Source: a virus. Taken from it: 64,000 nt of DNA. The position numbers and the translations under genes were made by a program. The stretch spans positions 1 to 64,000 of the IMG/VR virus record IMGVR_UViG_3300033149_002633; one strand, given 5' to 3'. Positions 27,316-37,503 of the stretch are shown piece by piece; positions within the stretch are counted from its first letter, which is position 1, and each line of letters starts with the position of its first letter. The notes beneath the pieces are model-generated. The model had not been told where the DNA came from. It saw only the letters and a program-made list of their open reading frames with translations, and did no database searches.

Positions 27316-28776
27316 ATGGCAGTTGATGAACTGTTTTTGATGAAAAAACTCAAGGAAGTTGAGTTGAAGGACTTTTGTACTGCAGCTATGCAGTATGTAA
27401 AAGAGCAAGGTGATTATGAAAAAATCTTTACATATTATTGTGAAGATGAAGAAGGTAGAACAGATGAAGGTATCTTAGCATATGAAGTAAATAGTACATG
27501 TGAAGGAATATTCGAAGATAAACTATACAGATTTGGAACTGTAAGAGGAGCTATGAATGCAGTAGTAACAAAGTTAAGACAAGAAGTCTATAAGAATCTC
27601 GGAGAACAACAAGTAAAGGATAAAATCAACAGTGGAGATTATATCCAACAAAGTGGTATTCTTATCGGAAGCTATGATTGGGAAATACAAAAGAATGATG
27701 GAGGCTCATTTATTAAACAATTCATTGCTATGCAGACAGATGATGGAGTAATAGAGGTATCATTAATCGGCGATAAGATAGGTAGTAGAAGATATGGTGT
27801 CCCAGTTCCATGGATGAAAGAAGTTACATTAGCAATTGAACCAAGGAAATTCTTTAGAGCCAACCAGAAAGAAGATATAGATAATGCAATTATCAGAGTA
27901 TTAGATGTAGTTGATGATGAATATATATTTGATGACCTTATCGCAATGGCTGAAGATAAAGACTTAATCTATGATATAGACAGAATCATAGAAGAGTTTC
28001 CACCAAATGGTAATCTTAAGATTGGTGATTGGTTCTGGTTCAAAGGAGTTGCTAAAGTGAATAGAGCTATGACTGCTTTTCCAGTATTCGAATTCAGACA
28101 ACAAACTGGTGATTTCCATCATTTGACTGTCGTTGATAAGAATGGTTCATTAAGATATACTTTCAATCTTGGTGTTAAAGGTAAGTTCCTAAAAGATGAA
28201 GGAAGAGGATATTATCCTACTGTTCGTATGCAACCAGTCCAAATAGCTAAAACAGATGTTGATTGGTCTGATGATTTAATCGAATTAGTAGATTACCTTA
28301 ATCAATCATCTGAGACATTAACTCCAGAACAACAATTTGATACTCTTTCTAACAATATAGTTGATAGAGTATTTTATGCTCTGGTAAAGCTAGTTAAGAT
28401 TGAAAGAAGAGAAGGACCAAGTAATGACCCAGATGACCAAGATACAACTGTAGAACGTTTCTTCATTAATCTTAATACTGTGTATGTAAAATTTACAGAC
28501 AAATTTGATATACAAGTATCTTCTCAAGAAGAAACTGAGAAAGAAGATAAGAAGGAAACTAAAAGTGGGTCAAATGAACAAAAACCAAAAGTAAATATAC
28601 CTCATAAATCGTGGAAACCTAAGCTAAAGAAAAAGATTGTTGAATGGTTAAGTGTGATGTCTGAAGCAACCTTTGAATCTCTAAAAGAAAATGGTGTATT
28701 TGACGACTTTAAAGATGTCCCAGATAGTGCTCTCAAAGAAGTTTTTGATGAAATAAAGAAAGAGATGAGTGAGTAG
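27316..28776 (+). CDS. Probable ssDNA-binding / recombination protein (OB-fold-like)
   Basis: Beta-rich acidic 486 aa protein between the primase-helicase and a recombination-type ATPase; function inferred from context only. Confidence 0.45.
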   Translation: MAVDELFLMKKLKEVELKDFCTAAMQYVKEQGDYEKIFTYYCEDEEGRTDEGILAYEVNSTCEGIFEDKLYRFGTVRGAMNAVVTKLRQEVYKNLGEQQVKDKINSGDYIQQSGILIGSYDWEIQKNDGGSFIKQFIAMQTDDGVIEVSLIGDKIGSRRYGVPVPWMKEVTLAIEPRKFFRANQKEDIDNAIIRVLDVVDDEYIFDDLIAMAEDKDLIYDIDRIIEEFPPNGNLKIGDWFWFKGVAKVNRAMTAFPVFEFRQQTGDFHHLTVVDKNGSLRYTFNLGVKGKFLKDEGRGYYPTVRMQPVQIAKTDVDWSDDLIELVDYLNQSSETLTPEQQFDTLSNNIVDRVFYALVKLVKIERREGPSNDPDDQDTTVERFFINLNTVYVKFTDKFDIQVSSQEETEKEDKKETKSGSNEQKPKVNIPHKSWKPKLKKKIVEWLSVMSEATFESLKENGVFDDFKDVPDSALKEVFDEIKKEMSE

Positions 28777-29623
28777 AATGAGTAAAACTAATCCGAATAT
28801 AACTCTTAAAGCAACATCAATGAGTAGTACTTACATACCATACGTTAAGTGTCTCATATTCGGAGGAACAAATATGGGTAAGACATATCTATGTCTTAAC
28901 TCATATTTTGAATATGAGAAGGAGAAAAAAGTCATATTCATTAATACTGACCAGCCAGAAAACTTTGCAAAGAATTTTAATATGTTATCAGAAGATGAGC
29001 AGAAAAGGGTTATTCAACCTCATGATGGAAATGTTATGGGAGCAAGACTTGGAGATAAAGATGCTATTAAATCTATAGTCAATGAAATATTAAAACCTCC
29101 TATTTCTACGCTAATTAGAAATGGTGAAGTCTCATTAATTGCAGTGGATAGCTTAGATGTAATCCAAGAGGCTTATGAAGATTGGGAAGTTGCTCATGAT
29201 TTTGGCGGTACTCCAGATATGTTCCTCAAAGGAAGAGCTCGTAAAGCGATGGAAAAAGAATTCCTTGTTCCTTTAATTAATTTACCTTGTAACTTCATAG
29301 CTACTTCTTTCTATGAGAATGTCTATCCAGAGACTGGAGGACCGTTCAAACAAGTGTTGGAGGCAAAGATTGATAATGTCAAAGCTACTGTAAGAAGACC
29401 AGTATCCAATGGTAGATATTTCAAACATTTTACGAGTATAATGGAACTACGCAACTTATTCCCTCATGATGCTGTTAAGTCTCAGATTAATGGATACTTT
29501 ATCAAATCTAAATGGTTCCAAGGTTTGTATGGATATCATAAGATTTCTGGTGACAAGAAGACTAAGAGAGGACCATCTTATGCTCAACTGCTTCAATATG
29601 ATAGAGAGGGTAAAACCTCTTAA
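28769..29623 (+). CDS. RecA/Sak4 (AAA_24)-like P-loop ATPase
   Basis: LIFGGTNMGKT Walker A; FINTD; LIAVDS Walker B. Confidence 0.8.
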   Translation: MSRMSKTNPNITLKATSMSSTYIPYVKCLIFGGTNMGKTYLCLNSYFEYEKEKKVIFINTDQPENFAKNFNMLSEDEQKRVIQPHDGNVMGARLGDKDAIKSIVNEILKPPISTLIRNGEVSLIAVDSLDVIQEAYEDWEVAHDFGGTPDMFLKGRARKAMEKEFLVPLINLPCNFIATSFYENVYPETGGPFKQVLEAKIDNVKATVRRPVSNGRYFKHFTSIMELRNLFPHDAVKSQINGYFIKSKWFQGLYGYHKISGDKKTKRGPSYAQLLQYDREGKTS

Positions 29624-29645
29624 TTTTTTTATTTTAGGTGATTAA

Positions 29646-30008
29646 ATGAAAGAAGAAGAAAAATCTGATATACAATCAAATGATTTGATTATTTCTCTCA
29701 ATTGGTTAAAAGGTACAGCGATAGATATTGATAAAATATCACGTCATGAAGAAGATATAACTTTTAAGGTGATATATAAGATATTACCAGATATATATAA
29801 CAGATTTGTAATCTTTAGAGTAGAAGTAGAAACAAAAATTAAAAAAGAAATCGATGAAAGGGAAGTAAAGTATTTACGTGATTTGATAAAAAAATCAGTA
29901 GGAGAATTGTTTGAAACAGCACCATATAATATAATGACGACAGATAAAGGTACAGTTATAGTTTTTCCTTTTTATAGGATTATTGATTCTTCAGAAACTT
30001 TTAGATGA
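29646..30008 (+). CDS. Hypothetical protein
   Basis: GGTGA RBS. Confidence 0.75.
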   Translation: MKEEEKSDIQSNDLIISLNWLKGTAIDIDKISRHEEDITFKVIYKILPDIYNRFVIFRVEVETKIKKEIDEREVKYLRDLIKKSVGELFETAPYNIMTTDKGTVIVFPFYRIIDSSETFR

Positions 30009-30017
30009 GGTGATACT

Positions 30018-30347
30018 ATGTCAATAAGTCTTTCTGATTTAACTGAGATAGACCAGTTTGATGTATGTAAAATGTTGTTAGATGGTAAAGAACCTATGTT
30101 CCATGGTAAGAGAGTTGAGATACCTAATATGCTTTCAGCTAGATATACTTGTATTTCATGTGGTGATGTTATGACCCCTATGTTTTACAAATCTGACCTT
30201 AGTAACATTTCTAAGAGAGTTATGTGTTCTAAATGTATGAATTGGTCTGTTTTACACTTTATTGGTACTCCAGTTCAACATGAAGTTAAAAAACTGAAAA
30301 AAGTTGTACAAAAACGTTTAATGGAATTTAATTTAGAAGGTGTATAA
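30018..30347 (+). CDS. Zn-ribbon protein with C-terminal PIP box
   Basis: CISC...CSKC; QKRLMEF matches QxxLxxF. Confidence 0.7.
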   Translation: MSISLSDLTEIDQFDVCKMLLDGKEPMFHGKRVEIPNMLSARYTCISCGDVMTPMFYKSDLSNISKRVMCSKCMNWSVLHFIGTPVQHEVKKLKKVVQKRLMEFNLEGV

Positions 30348-30816
30348 GATGGAAGAAAAAGAAATATTTGAAAAGATAAAAGAGAGTAATATACAACATA
30401 TTAAATTTTCTATTGAGGATGAGATTAAATGGTTATTTGAAAAATGTAATGAGGAAGAATTAAAGAGTCTGCGTTCTTTAATTCATGACTTTAAAAGGAC
30501 TAAAGAGTTTCATATAAAGATGGAAGAAATAAAAGAGGATAAAATTTCTGATTATTTCTTATTAGATGATTGTCCTTTTTTGTTTTTTGGTGCTACTGTC
30601 TATGTTCCTAAGTATTATCCATATAGAAATGCAGATTGGATTAAATTTAAAGTTACGATGTTAGATAAAATACACATAGATACATTTGATATTTGGAGAG
30701 AATTGGCTGAAAAATTGGGAGTTGAATACTATGACTTAATAATTAGAGCTTCTACTAATGGTATGTTTCAATATATTAATGAGATAATGAGGGAGAAAAT
30801 ACATGGGGAAAAATAG
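30340..30816 (+). CDS. Hypothetical protein
   Basis: Operon position. Confidence 0.7.
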   Translation: MYKMEEKEIFEKIKESNIQHIKFSIEDEIKWLFEKCNEEELKSLRSLIHDFKRTKEFHIKMEEIKEDKISDYFLLDDCPFLFFGATVYVPKYYPYRNADWIKFKVTMLDKIHIDTFDIWRELAEKLGVEYYDLIIRASTNGMFQYINEIMREKIHGEK

Positions 30817-30863
30817 AACCGAAAACTATAAATCTCATCCTTTTCTTTTTTATATTGATAACA

Positions 30864-31247
30864 ATGGAAATAAATTATGAACAAGCAATGTTTTGGCTTT
30901 GGGTAGCAACTGTAGGTGGAACATTTCTTGGTACTACACTTTTCGTTCTAATCAGAAAATTACAAGGGAAACCAGTTGCAGCTCCAGAATTGATTAAGCT
31001 TTTTCAAAATCATAATAGATTAATTATGTTGTGGTTTTGGAGAGCATTAGAAGATGGAGTTATAACTAATGAAGAAGCAATGGAGTTTAAAACTATTGTA
31101 ACACAAGGATTTCAAGATATTCTTTCATTTATTCTTACGACTTATGGGAAACCAGAGTTGAAAGAAACCAACGATAAAGTAGTCATTCCAGAGCCTCCTT
31201 CTGCTGAAGAAATAAGAAATGAACTACCTCCTCCAGAGCCAAAGTAA
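30864..31247 (+). CDS. Single-TM membrane protein (holin/antiholin-like candidate)
   Basis: N-terminal TM FWLWVATVGGTFLGTTLFVLI; Pro/Glu tail; promoter at 30820-30833. Confidence 0.6.
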   Translation: MEINYEQAMFWLWVATVGGTFLGTTLFVLIRKLQGKPVAAPELIKLFQNHNRLIMLWFWRALEDGVITNEEAMEFKTIVTQGFQDILSFILTTYGKPELKETNDKVVIPEPPSAEEIRNELPPPEPK

Positions 31248-31250
31248 AAA

Positions 31251-32108
31251 TTAGATTATTCTTTTTTTAGTTTTCTTTTTTCTTTGTTTCTTTCTATTAT
31301 GAGTTATGAGAGCATTTTGTACTTCCCAAAGGTAATTAGGTAATTCAAATACTTCTTCTTCTTTATCTACGCCTAACATTTTCCCAAATATTTGAGGTGA
31401 GAAAACTACTATCATTGTAAATAATGATGCCATGATTATTACTAAAACAGAATTATTTACAATCCATTCTACAAGAGCTGAATTGCTATTTAGTTGTTGA
31501 TTTAAATAGCTTACAATAGCTACTAAGATAGAACCTCCCATACCTCCTAACAGACCAGAATTTCTGGCTTTTCCTAATTCATTCTTAAAGGTATTGACCA
31601 GATTTTCGCTATTTTTAGCTATGTATGACATTTGAATTTTGGTTTCTTGTATGTCACATCTTGTATCTACTATCTCTTGCGATAGTTGTGCTAAACCTCT
31701 TTCTAAGTTATAGATTCTTTGGCGTAGTATATTTACTGTTACTTTATCGATATGCATTTCAATTTCTGCTAATAAGTTTGGAATGTTTATTGGTTTCTTG
31801 AAGACATTTTTAACACCGGCATTTAAAAACTCTTCATCATCATCATCGTTAAAACCAGTGATACCTACTATAACTGCGTCTGGGTCGATTTTTAGTATTT
31901 CTTCTGTTGCTCTACTTCCACTCATAGTTGGCATGACTTTATCCATTAAGACTATATCTGGCATAATCTTCCTATATGATTTTACGGCTTCGTCTCCGTT
32001 GTTTAATACTACTACTTCGAAACCACGTTCTTCAAATTTAGTGGCGAGTGCTTTTGCAAACTCATCATTATCATCTACAATCATGACGCAGTTTCTGTAA
32101 CTCATCAA
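31251..32108 (-). CDS. CheY-like receiver domain fused to a coiled coil and two TM helices
   Basis: IVDD, LMDKVMPTMSG, GITG, KKP; heptad region; two hydrophobic segments; basic C-terminus. Confidence 0.9.
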   Translation of the reverse strand: MMSYRNCVMIVDDNDEFAKALATKFEERGFEVVVLNNGDEAVKSYRKIMPDIVLMDKVMPTMSGSRATEEILKIDPDAVIVGITGFNDDDDEEFLNAGVKNVFKKPINIPNLLAEIEMHIDKVTVNILRQRIYNLERGLAQLSQEIVDTRCDIQETKIQMSYIAKNSENLVNTFKNELGKARNSGLLGGMGGSILVAIVSYLNQQLNSNSALVEWIVNNSVLVIIMASLFTMIVVFSPQIFGKMLGVDKEEEVFELPNYLWEVQNALITHNRKKQRKKKTKKRII

Positions 32109-32140
32109 TTTAAAGGTAGAAAAAAAATATAAAAATTTAT

Positions 32141-33118
32141 TTATGCTATTAATTCTGTCATATATTTCTCGATAGTTTCAAAGCTTTGTTTATCATCACT
32201 ATAAGTGGATATCATCTCTATTTCTGGATAAGAAGGTGAATAGAAACCAAATTCTTCACATTCATATACATAACTACATACCATACAAAATTTCTGCATA
32301 CCTACATTTCTTGTCAAATGGTTTATCGTGAGTGGTTGCGGGTCACGAAATTTTTTCTGAGCACGTTTGAAATCCTCCACTTTTATTGCATACCATTTAA
32401 CTTGATATTTTGCACCTCCTAATAATACACACATTGTGTATGGTTTTCCGCTATGGAAGTAATAAGGTATATTTTTTAACATCGCTGATAATTTTTTAAA
32501 GTATTCTGAACTTGTTAATAGATGAAAATATCCACATAATTGAATATAATGATTGGGTAGTGATGATACACTACTCTTCCAATCAATTATTAGGATTTTC
32601 CATCCTACTGGTGTCTTAAATAATGTTAATAAGTCTATGGTTCCAGAGAAAGAATTTAATTCGTCTATAGTACCATCATCTTTTCTTACTATATGTCTTA
32701 ATTTCTTTTCTATTGCTATTATCTTTATCTTGCCTTTATAGTCTCTCCAGAAAGATACAAAGTTATTATATACTCTTTCTATTTCGTTTATGAATATGCT
32801 AAAGCGTTGTTTATTATTCATTAGTCTTGATAACAGTTTTCTATCTTCTGGTGATAATACTACTTGTTCTGTTTGTAATCCTATTTGTTGTCTTAGAAAG
32901 TTCTCTATTTTACCATGAATTATTGTTCCAGCAATAGCCTTTAGGTTATTTCTTATTTTTTTATCTTTATGTATCTTTTTCCAGTTTTCTATACCTACTC
33001 TATCTCTTTCATGGATAGGATGGAGATATCCACTCATCTCGCATACTATTGTCTGTGCTATCTCTGTAGTTCTTGGTATTAAGTATTCTCTATTGTTTTC
33101 TCTGTAAATATAAGGCAT
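32141..33118 (-). CDS. Cas4/AddB-like PD-(D/E)xK exonuclease with Fe-S cysteines
   Basis: N-terminal Cys, GTIIH, GTIDL, IIDWKS, QLCGY, CMVCSYVYEC. Confidence 0.85.
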   Translation of the reverse strand: MPYIYRENNREYLIPRTTEIAQTIVCEMSGYLHPIHERDRVGIENWKKIHKDKKIRNNLKAIAGTIIHGKIENFLRQQIGLQTEQVVLSPEDRKLLSRLMNNKQRFSIFINEIERVYNNFVSFWRDYKGKIKIIAIEKKLRHIVRKDDGTIDELNSFSGTIDLLTLFKTPVGWKILIIDWKSSVSSLPNHYIQLCGYFHLLTSSEYFKKLSAMLKNIPYYFHSGKPYTMCVLLGGAKYQVKWYAIKVEDFKRAQKKFRDPQPLTINHLTRNVGMQKFCMVCSYVYECEEFGFYSPSYPEIEMISTYSDDKQSFETIEKYMTELIA

Positions 33119-33119
33119 A

Positions 33120-33716
33120 TTACTCTCCTTTTTGTTTATTTTGTACAAGGTTACTTAGTTTATTGATTTTCTTTTGAGCTTTTACAGCTATTTCTGAATA
33201 ACCTTTCTTTTCTGCTTCTTTCATTATTGATTGTAGTCTTTTTATATCATTTGTTTTATCTATTTCTCCTTCCATCATTTTCATTTCTATTTCTGCTATT
33301 TTCTTTTCTGCTGGTTCTTCCACTTCCATCTCTTGTTTGAATTGTTCTTTAGTTCTCTTTGCTTCTAATCCTACAGCTTTTAAGACATCTCCAAGTTTAG
33401 CATAGCCTTTTTTAGGTGGTGGAGCTGGTGAATTTAATTCTTCCAGAGTTAATGATGGAGGTTCTATTTCTATTTTTGACATTTTTCTAAGTGCTTCTTC
33501 TGTCCTCTTTTTTTCCTCTTGTATTTTATCTAGCTCTTCTTGTGTTACATAAAAATCATATCTTGTCATGTAGATAGGGTTTCTAATGCATTGGTATTGA
33601 CCACACCATCCCCAAGGTCTTTCTCTTTTTGTTTTGGGGTCAAATGCTCTGATATATCGAGCACATCTTTCTTTTTTATTTTTTCCAACGAAAAATTCAC
33701 ATTCCATAATAATCAC
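33120..33716 (-). CDS. Cys-containing N-terminal domain plus charged helical tail
   Basis: 198 aa; promoter near 33740-33755. Confidence 0.7.
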   Translation of the reverse strand: MIIMECEFFVGKNKKERCARYIRAFDPKTKRERPWGWCGQYQCIRNPIYMTRYDFYVTQEELDKIQEEKKRTEEALRKMSKIEIEPPSLTLEELNSPAPPPKKGYAKLGDVLKAVGLEAKRTKEQFKQEMEVEEPAEKKIAEIEMKMMEGEIDKTNDIKRLQSIMKEAEKKGYSEIAVKAQKKINKLSNLVQNKQKGE

Positions 33717-33742
33717 TAACTAATTGAACATATTGAACAAAT

Positions 33743-34027
33743 TTAAACCTTTCTATCCTCCTTAATGATTATGTCTATTTCAGTCTCGAACCCATCATAA
33801 TCTACTTTTCTTCGATGTTCATTACATACTGCAACGAAAGATAGTTTATGTGTTATTATATCTTCTATTAATAGAAGGTGAGTAGGAGGATTATTACAAC
33901 CAATTCTGTTACATTTATTTTGATGTTTAATCCATTTGACTATCTTTTTTTGTTCATTGAGAGGTAAAGAAAAGAAAAGTAGATTGAGAGCTGATAGGTT
34001 TCCGATTTCTCTTGTTTCAGTCATCAT
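33743..34027 (-). CDS. Zn-finger protein (C..C...CxxH)
   Basis: CNRIGC...CNEH. Confidence 0.65.
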   Translation of the reverse strand: MMTETREIGNLSALNLLFFSLPLNEQKKIVKWIKHQNKCNRIGCNNPPTHLLLIEDIITHKLSFVAVCNEHRRKVDYDGFETEIDIIIKEDRKV

Positions 34028-35597
34028 AATCATCTCCTTCTTCATCTACATTTATATTTATCATATTCTCAAGAAAAGTATTTTTGACATCTATTGTAAA
34101 TCCAGCTTCATACCATGCGAGTGCTCTATCTCTGCTATGTTCCCATAGATATTTTGTATTGTTAGCAAAATCAATGAATATGGCATCAGATTTTTCATGA
34201 GCCTTACGTATTAAACGACCTAATGATTGGATGGCTCTGGTTTTTGATTTCCAGCTTCCAGCTAATATCATAGCATTCATATCTGGAAAGTCAAATCCTT
34301 CTCCTACTAACTGGTATGTACATATCATTACTGACACGTTACCATATAAGAATTCGTTAAATTTCTCATTTCTTTTATTATCCTTTGAATGAGTATATAC
34401 TACATCATCTTCATCCAAGTCATCTTCAGCAGATATAAAATTAGAGAATTGAAGTTTAAGTCTTTGACAATGAGCTATTCTATCGGTTAAAATCAATACT
34501 TTCCTTTTTTTCCTCATTAGTTTTATTGCTTCTGTTATTATCAGATTATTTCTAATTTCATTTTGAATGATATAGTTCTCATATATATCATCATAGTTAA
34601 AGCTTCTGGGATAGTTTCTGGGTGGAACTGGTATGAATTTAATTGATGGTTTTACAGCTTGTTCTAATTCTATTAGGTCTTTTTGTGTCAGATTACCAAC
34701 GTTGGGTCCTAAGTATGCATGATAAACTAAATCACTACCATCAGAACGCATATCGGCTGTACCAGTCAAGCCTATTCTATGATAACAATTTAAGCTCTCG
34801 AGTATTTCTTTTGATTGCTTACTTGAAGCATGATGACATTCATCATAGATTACCAATCCACAATCATCTATAATCGCACGAAAACGCTCATATTCTTTCG
34901 ATTTTGTTTTTGATTTACCATAGTATATGTTATGGACAAAACTCCTCGTAGCGACCACGAAAAGTGGGTTATTTTCTAAATCTGTAACAAGTCTAACCTT
35001 CTTTACTACATTAAGCTCATTATCCAAACTGGTTATGAAATATCTTTGAATTCGTTCTAACCACTGTCGTTCTACTGTAGTGTTAGGAACAATGATTAAA
35101 GTAGTAGTCTGTAATATTGAAGCAAGATAAAGACCCATTTGTGTTTTACCAGCTCCAGTAGCTACATGTAATACACATCTTGCTCCAAGTTCAAGAGCTT
35201 CATTGACTATGTCTTTCTGATAACTCCTAAGTATGATTGGCTCCTTCATTGGAAATATGACTTTTTTACTCGGAGGTATGAGGTTACTTTCAATTTTTAC
35301 ATCATCAAAAAGTCCAAGAACAACATACATTAACCCACTTGGAAAGATTCTTCTGTATTTATCATAAAGATGAATTTTTCCATCCCAATCTCTCCACCAA
35401 TTCATCTTAGATTTCCACTTGAGTATTTCACTGTCTGTTTTAGCTTTCCATAGATTTACTTCACATTGAGCTATCTTAGCATCTCTTACTCGTTCCTTTT
35501 CTTTTACATCATATGCAAGTATATCATATAGCTTCTGTCTCTCTTCTTGTGTTGCCTCTATAACTTCTGTATATAGATTACCTACTCTTACTTTCAT
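34017..35597 (-). CDS. SF2 DEAD/DEAH helicase (UvsW/XPB-like)
   Basis: LRSYQ, ATGAGKT, DECHH, TGT, GEGFDFP, QSLGRLIR. Confidence 0.95.
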   Translation of the reverse strand: MKVRVGNLYTEVIEATQEERQKLYDILAYDVKEKERVRDAKIAQCEVNLWKAKTDSEILKWKSKMNWWRDWDGKIHLYDKYRRIFPSGLMYVVLGLFDDVKIESNLIPPSKKVIFPMKEPIILRSYQKDIVNEALELGARCVLHVATGAGKTQMGLYLASILQTTTLIIVPNTTVERQWLERIQRYFITSLDNELNVVKKVRLVTDLENNPLFVVATRSFVHNIYYGKSKTKSKEYERFRAIIDDCGLVIYDECHHASSKQSKEILESLNCYHRIGLTGTADMRSDGSDLVYHAYLGPNVGNLTQKDLIELEQAVKPSIKFIPVPPRNYPRSFNYDDIYENYIIQNEIRNNLIITEAIKLMRKKRKVLILTDRIAHCQRLKLQFSNFISAEDDLDEDDVVYTHSKDNKRNEKFNEFLYGNVSVMICTYQLVGEGFDFPDMNAMILAGSWKSKTRAIQSLGRLIRKAHEKSDAIFIDFANNTKYLWEHSRDRALAWYEAGFTIDVKNTFLENMININVDEEGDDYDD

Positions 35598-35794
35598 ACT
35601 TCATCCTCCTTTATAAGTGAATATTTGTAAGGATAAACCTCTTTAAATTCGTCAAACTCTCTCATTTTGTATATTATAAGGACATATAACTTATCTCCTT
35701 CTCTAATGTCAAAATCATTTCTTGCCCATTCTGGAAATGTACATCTTCCATTTTTTCCTATTTTTAATCTTATTAAACAATCTTTCATACTCAT
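35594..35794 (-). CDS. AbrB/SpoVT-type DNA-binding protein
   Basis: KIGKNGRCTFPEWARNDFDIREGDKL. Confidence 0.8.
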   Translation of the reverse strand: MSMKDCLIRLKIGKNGRCTFPEWARNDFDIREGDKLYVLIIYKMREFDEFKEVYPYKYSLIKEDEV

Positions 35795-36762
35795 AGGTCT
35801 ATCACCATTGTTTCTGGATTGTTATCTATATAACTTAAATCACAAACAAATTCTGTTTGAAATTTGTCAAGTTCTAAAAAGTGCTGTAAGTGAAACATAA
35901 TTTTATCATCTATTGAGAATAATGTATCTCTTTTTTTCCATTTAGAAACGAACAAATGTGTAGGACAAAAAGTCGTATCCATGAATACTGTTTTACCAAA
36001 GTCATAGAAGCCATGATAGAGATTTTCTATGTATTTAATTAGTCTTGTACTGTTCTCTCTTTCTCCGTATATTAGTTCTGGTGATGTAAAAACTATTAAT
36101 CTAACATTATCATGTTGTATGAGATTATCTATTATCTTATCTCCATTAGGATAAATCTCATCTATAATTACAGTAGCGTTTCTTTCTCCTACGTTATCTC
36201 TGAACTCGATATATTTCTTCATGTAGTCTTGTTGAGATGTAAAATGTATTATCCCAGAACCGTTTTTGATATATTCATAGGGTAGTGTATCTATCCACCA
36301 TCTATAATGATAAAAGAATGTTTTCTTTCTATGTTTCTCATTACTAGCTATAAATAAGACTGGTTCTTTTGATAAAATAGAAGCTAATGTTGCTGTCGTT
36401 GTTTTTCCAGTCATTCTCCCCCAAAGATGTATATATAATTCATATTGATTGATGTTCTCTATAACTTCTTTCTGTAAATCTGTAAGTTTAAAGCTTGTTG
36501 ATTTTTTCTCTGTTACGGCTTCGAATAATGCAAGAGGTCTCCCTTTCGTGCTAACTCTTAATGTCTTTCTTTGTACTAGTTTTTTTCTCATCAATATTGC
36601 TATGTGGTCATAAAGTGTAGTAGATGGTAAATCTATGTATTTTCTCAATTCATCTCTAAATGATGGTCCTTTAGCTTGTAAAATATTATAGATTGTTTTA
36701 CAATAAATACAATCTAATGGATTTTTAAGAGCTTCATGATAATATCTAATTCTTCCTTTCAT
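35791..36762 (-). CDS. Winged-helix domain fused to a terminase-like ATPase domain (no nuclease)
   Basis: LPSTTLYDHI...KGRP; LTDLQKE, WGRMTGKTT, IIDE, FTSP, FQTEF. Confidence 0.7.
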   Translation of the reverse strand: MKGRIRYYHEALKNPLDCIYCKTIYNILQAKGPSFRDELRKYIDLPSTTLYDHIAILMRKKLVQRKTLRVSTKGRPLALFEAVTEKKSTSFKLTDLQKEVIENINQYELYIHLWGRMTGKTTTATLASILSKEPVLFIASNEKHRKKTFFYHYRWWIDTLPYEYIKNGSGIIHFTSQQDYMKKYIEFRDNVGERNATVIIDEIYPNGDKIIDNLIQHDNVRLIVFTSPELIYGERENSTRLIKYIENLYHGFYDFGKTVFMDTTFCPTHLFVSKWKKRDTLFSIDDKIMFHLQHFLELDKFQTEFVCDLSYIDNNPETMVIDL

Positions 36763-36825
36763 ATCGAAAGGTTCGCATACATCTATTTAAAGGTTTCGAT
36801 AAAAATGATTAGAGGAATTTTATCG

Positions 36826-37440
36826 TTATTCCTCTTCTACTTTATTATCTCGCATATTAGCAAGGAAAACAGAAAAGCTTTCTATATCATTTCCACCTTT
36901 AACAGAACCAGATTGTTTAATCCGTTCTTTTCTTGTGGCGGCAAGTTCTTTGAGAACACTAAGAAGTTGTTTAGTATGGTCATTGACACTCTTATGAAGG
37001 AATTTGGATATCTCAAGTTTTATCTTACTTCCAGTTTCATATGCATCCATTTCATAGTCTTCATGATATACGGCGATTTTAGCTGCACTCCTCCATAATT
37101 CTTTGAGCTGGATAAAACTTGCTAATACGAGAGCTTTATCACGTAATCCAGCTCCTTCTCTTTGAAGGTCTCTTAGATGTTCTCGTAATAGATTACGTTC
37201 TATTTGACAAGTATCATGAGATTGATAAAAGTCACAACCAAATCTCCTAATAAAACAACTATCACATCTTGTATATAGAAAAGATGTATATTCATTAAGT
37301 GTCATTGCCACTACAAGGTCATCAGTAGTAACTGCTACAGATGGAGTTTCCGTAAATTTTTCATCCTCTAAATCAGTTAGCATGTTTGGTACTTCAACTT
37401 TTTCTCCCTCATTTTGTTGTGTATCATTTTCTTCCGTCAT
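36826..37440 (-). CDS. Cys4 helical protein, possible terminase small subunit
   Basis: CDSC..C..C then helices; lies near TerL; context only. Confidence 0.45.
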   Translation of the reverse strand: MTEENDTQQNEGEKVEVPNMLTDLEDEKFTETPSVAVTTDDLVVAMTLNEYTSFLYTRCDSCFIRRFGCDFYQSHDTCQIERNLLREHLRDLQREGAGLRDKALVLASFIQLKELWRSAAKIAVYHEDYEMDAYETGSKIKLEISKFLHKSVNDHTKQLLSVLKELAATRKERIKQSGSVKGGNDIESFSVFLANMRDNKVEEE

Positions 37441-37503
37441 TATGCCTATTTAAGCAGAAAATATATATAAGTATTCTGTGTTTAACAATTAGGTGATAAT
37501 ATT

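Noticed and set aside
32141-33118. CRISPR-Cas system suggested by the Cas4-like gene
   Set aside because: No repeat-spacer array or other cas genes seen; solo Cas4-like nucleases are common in archaeal viruses
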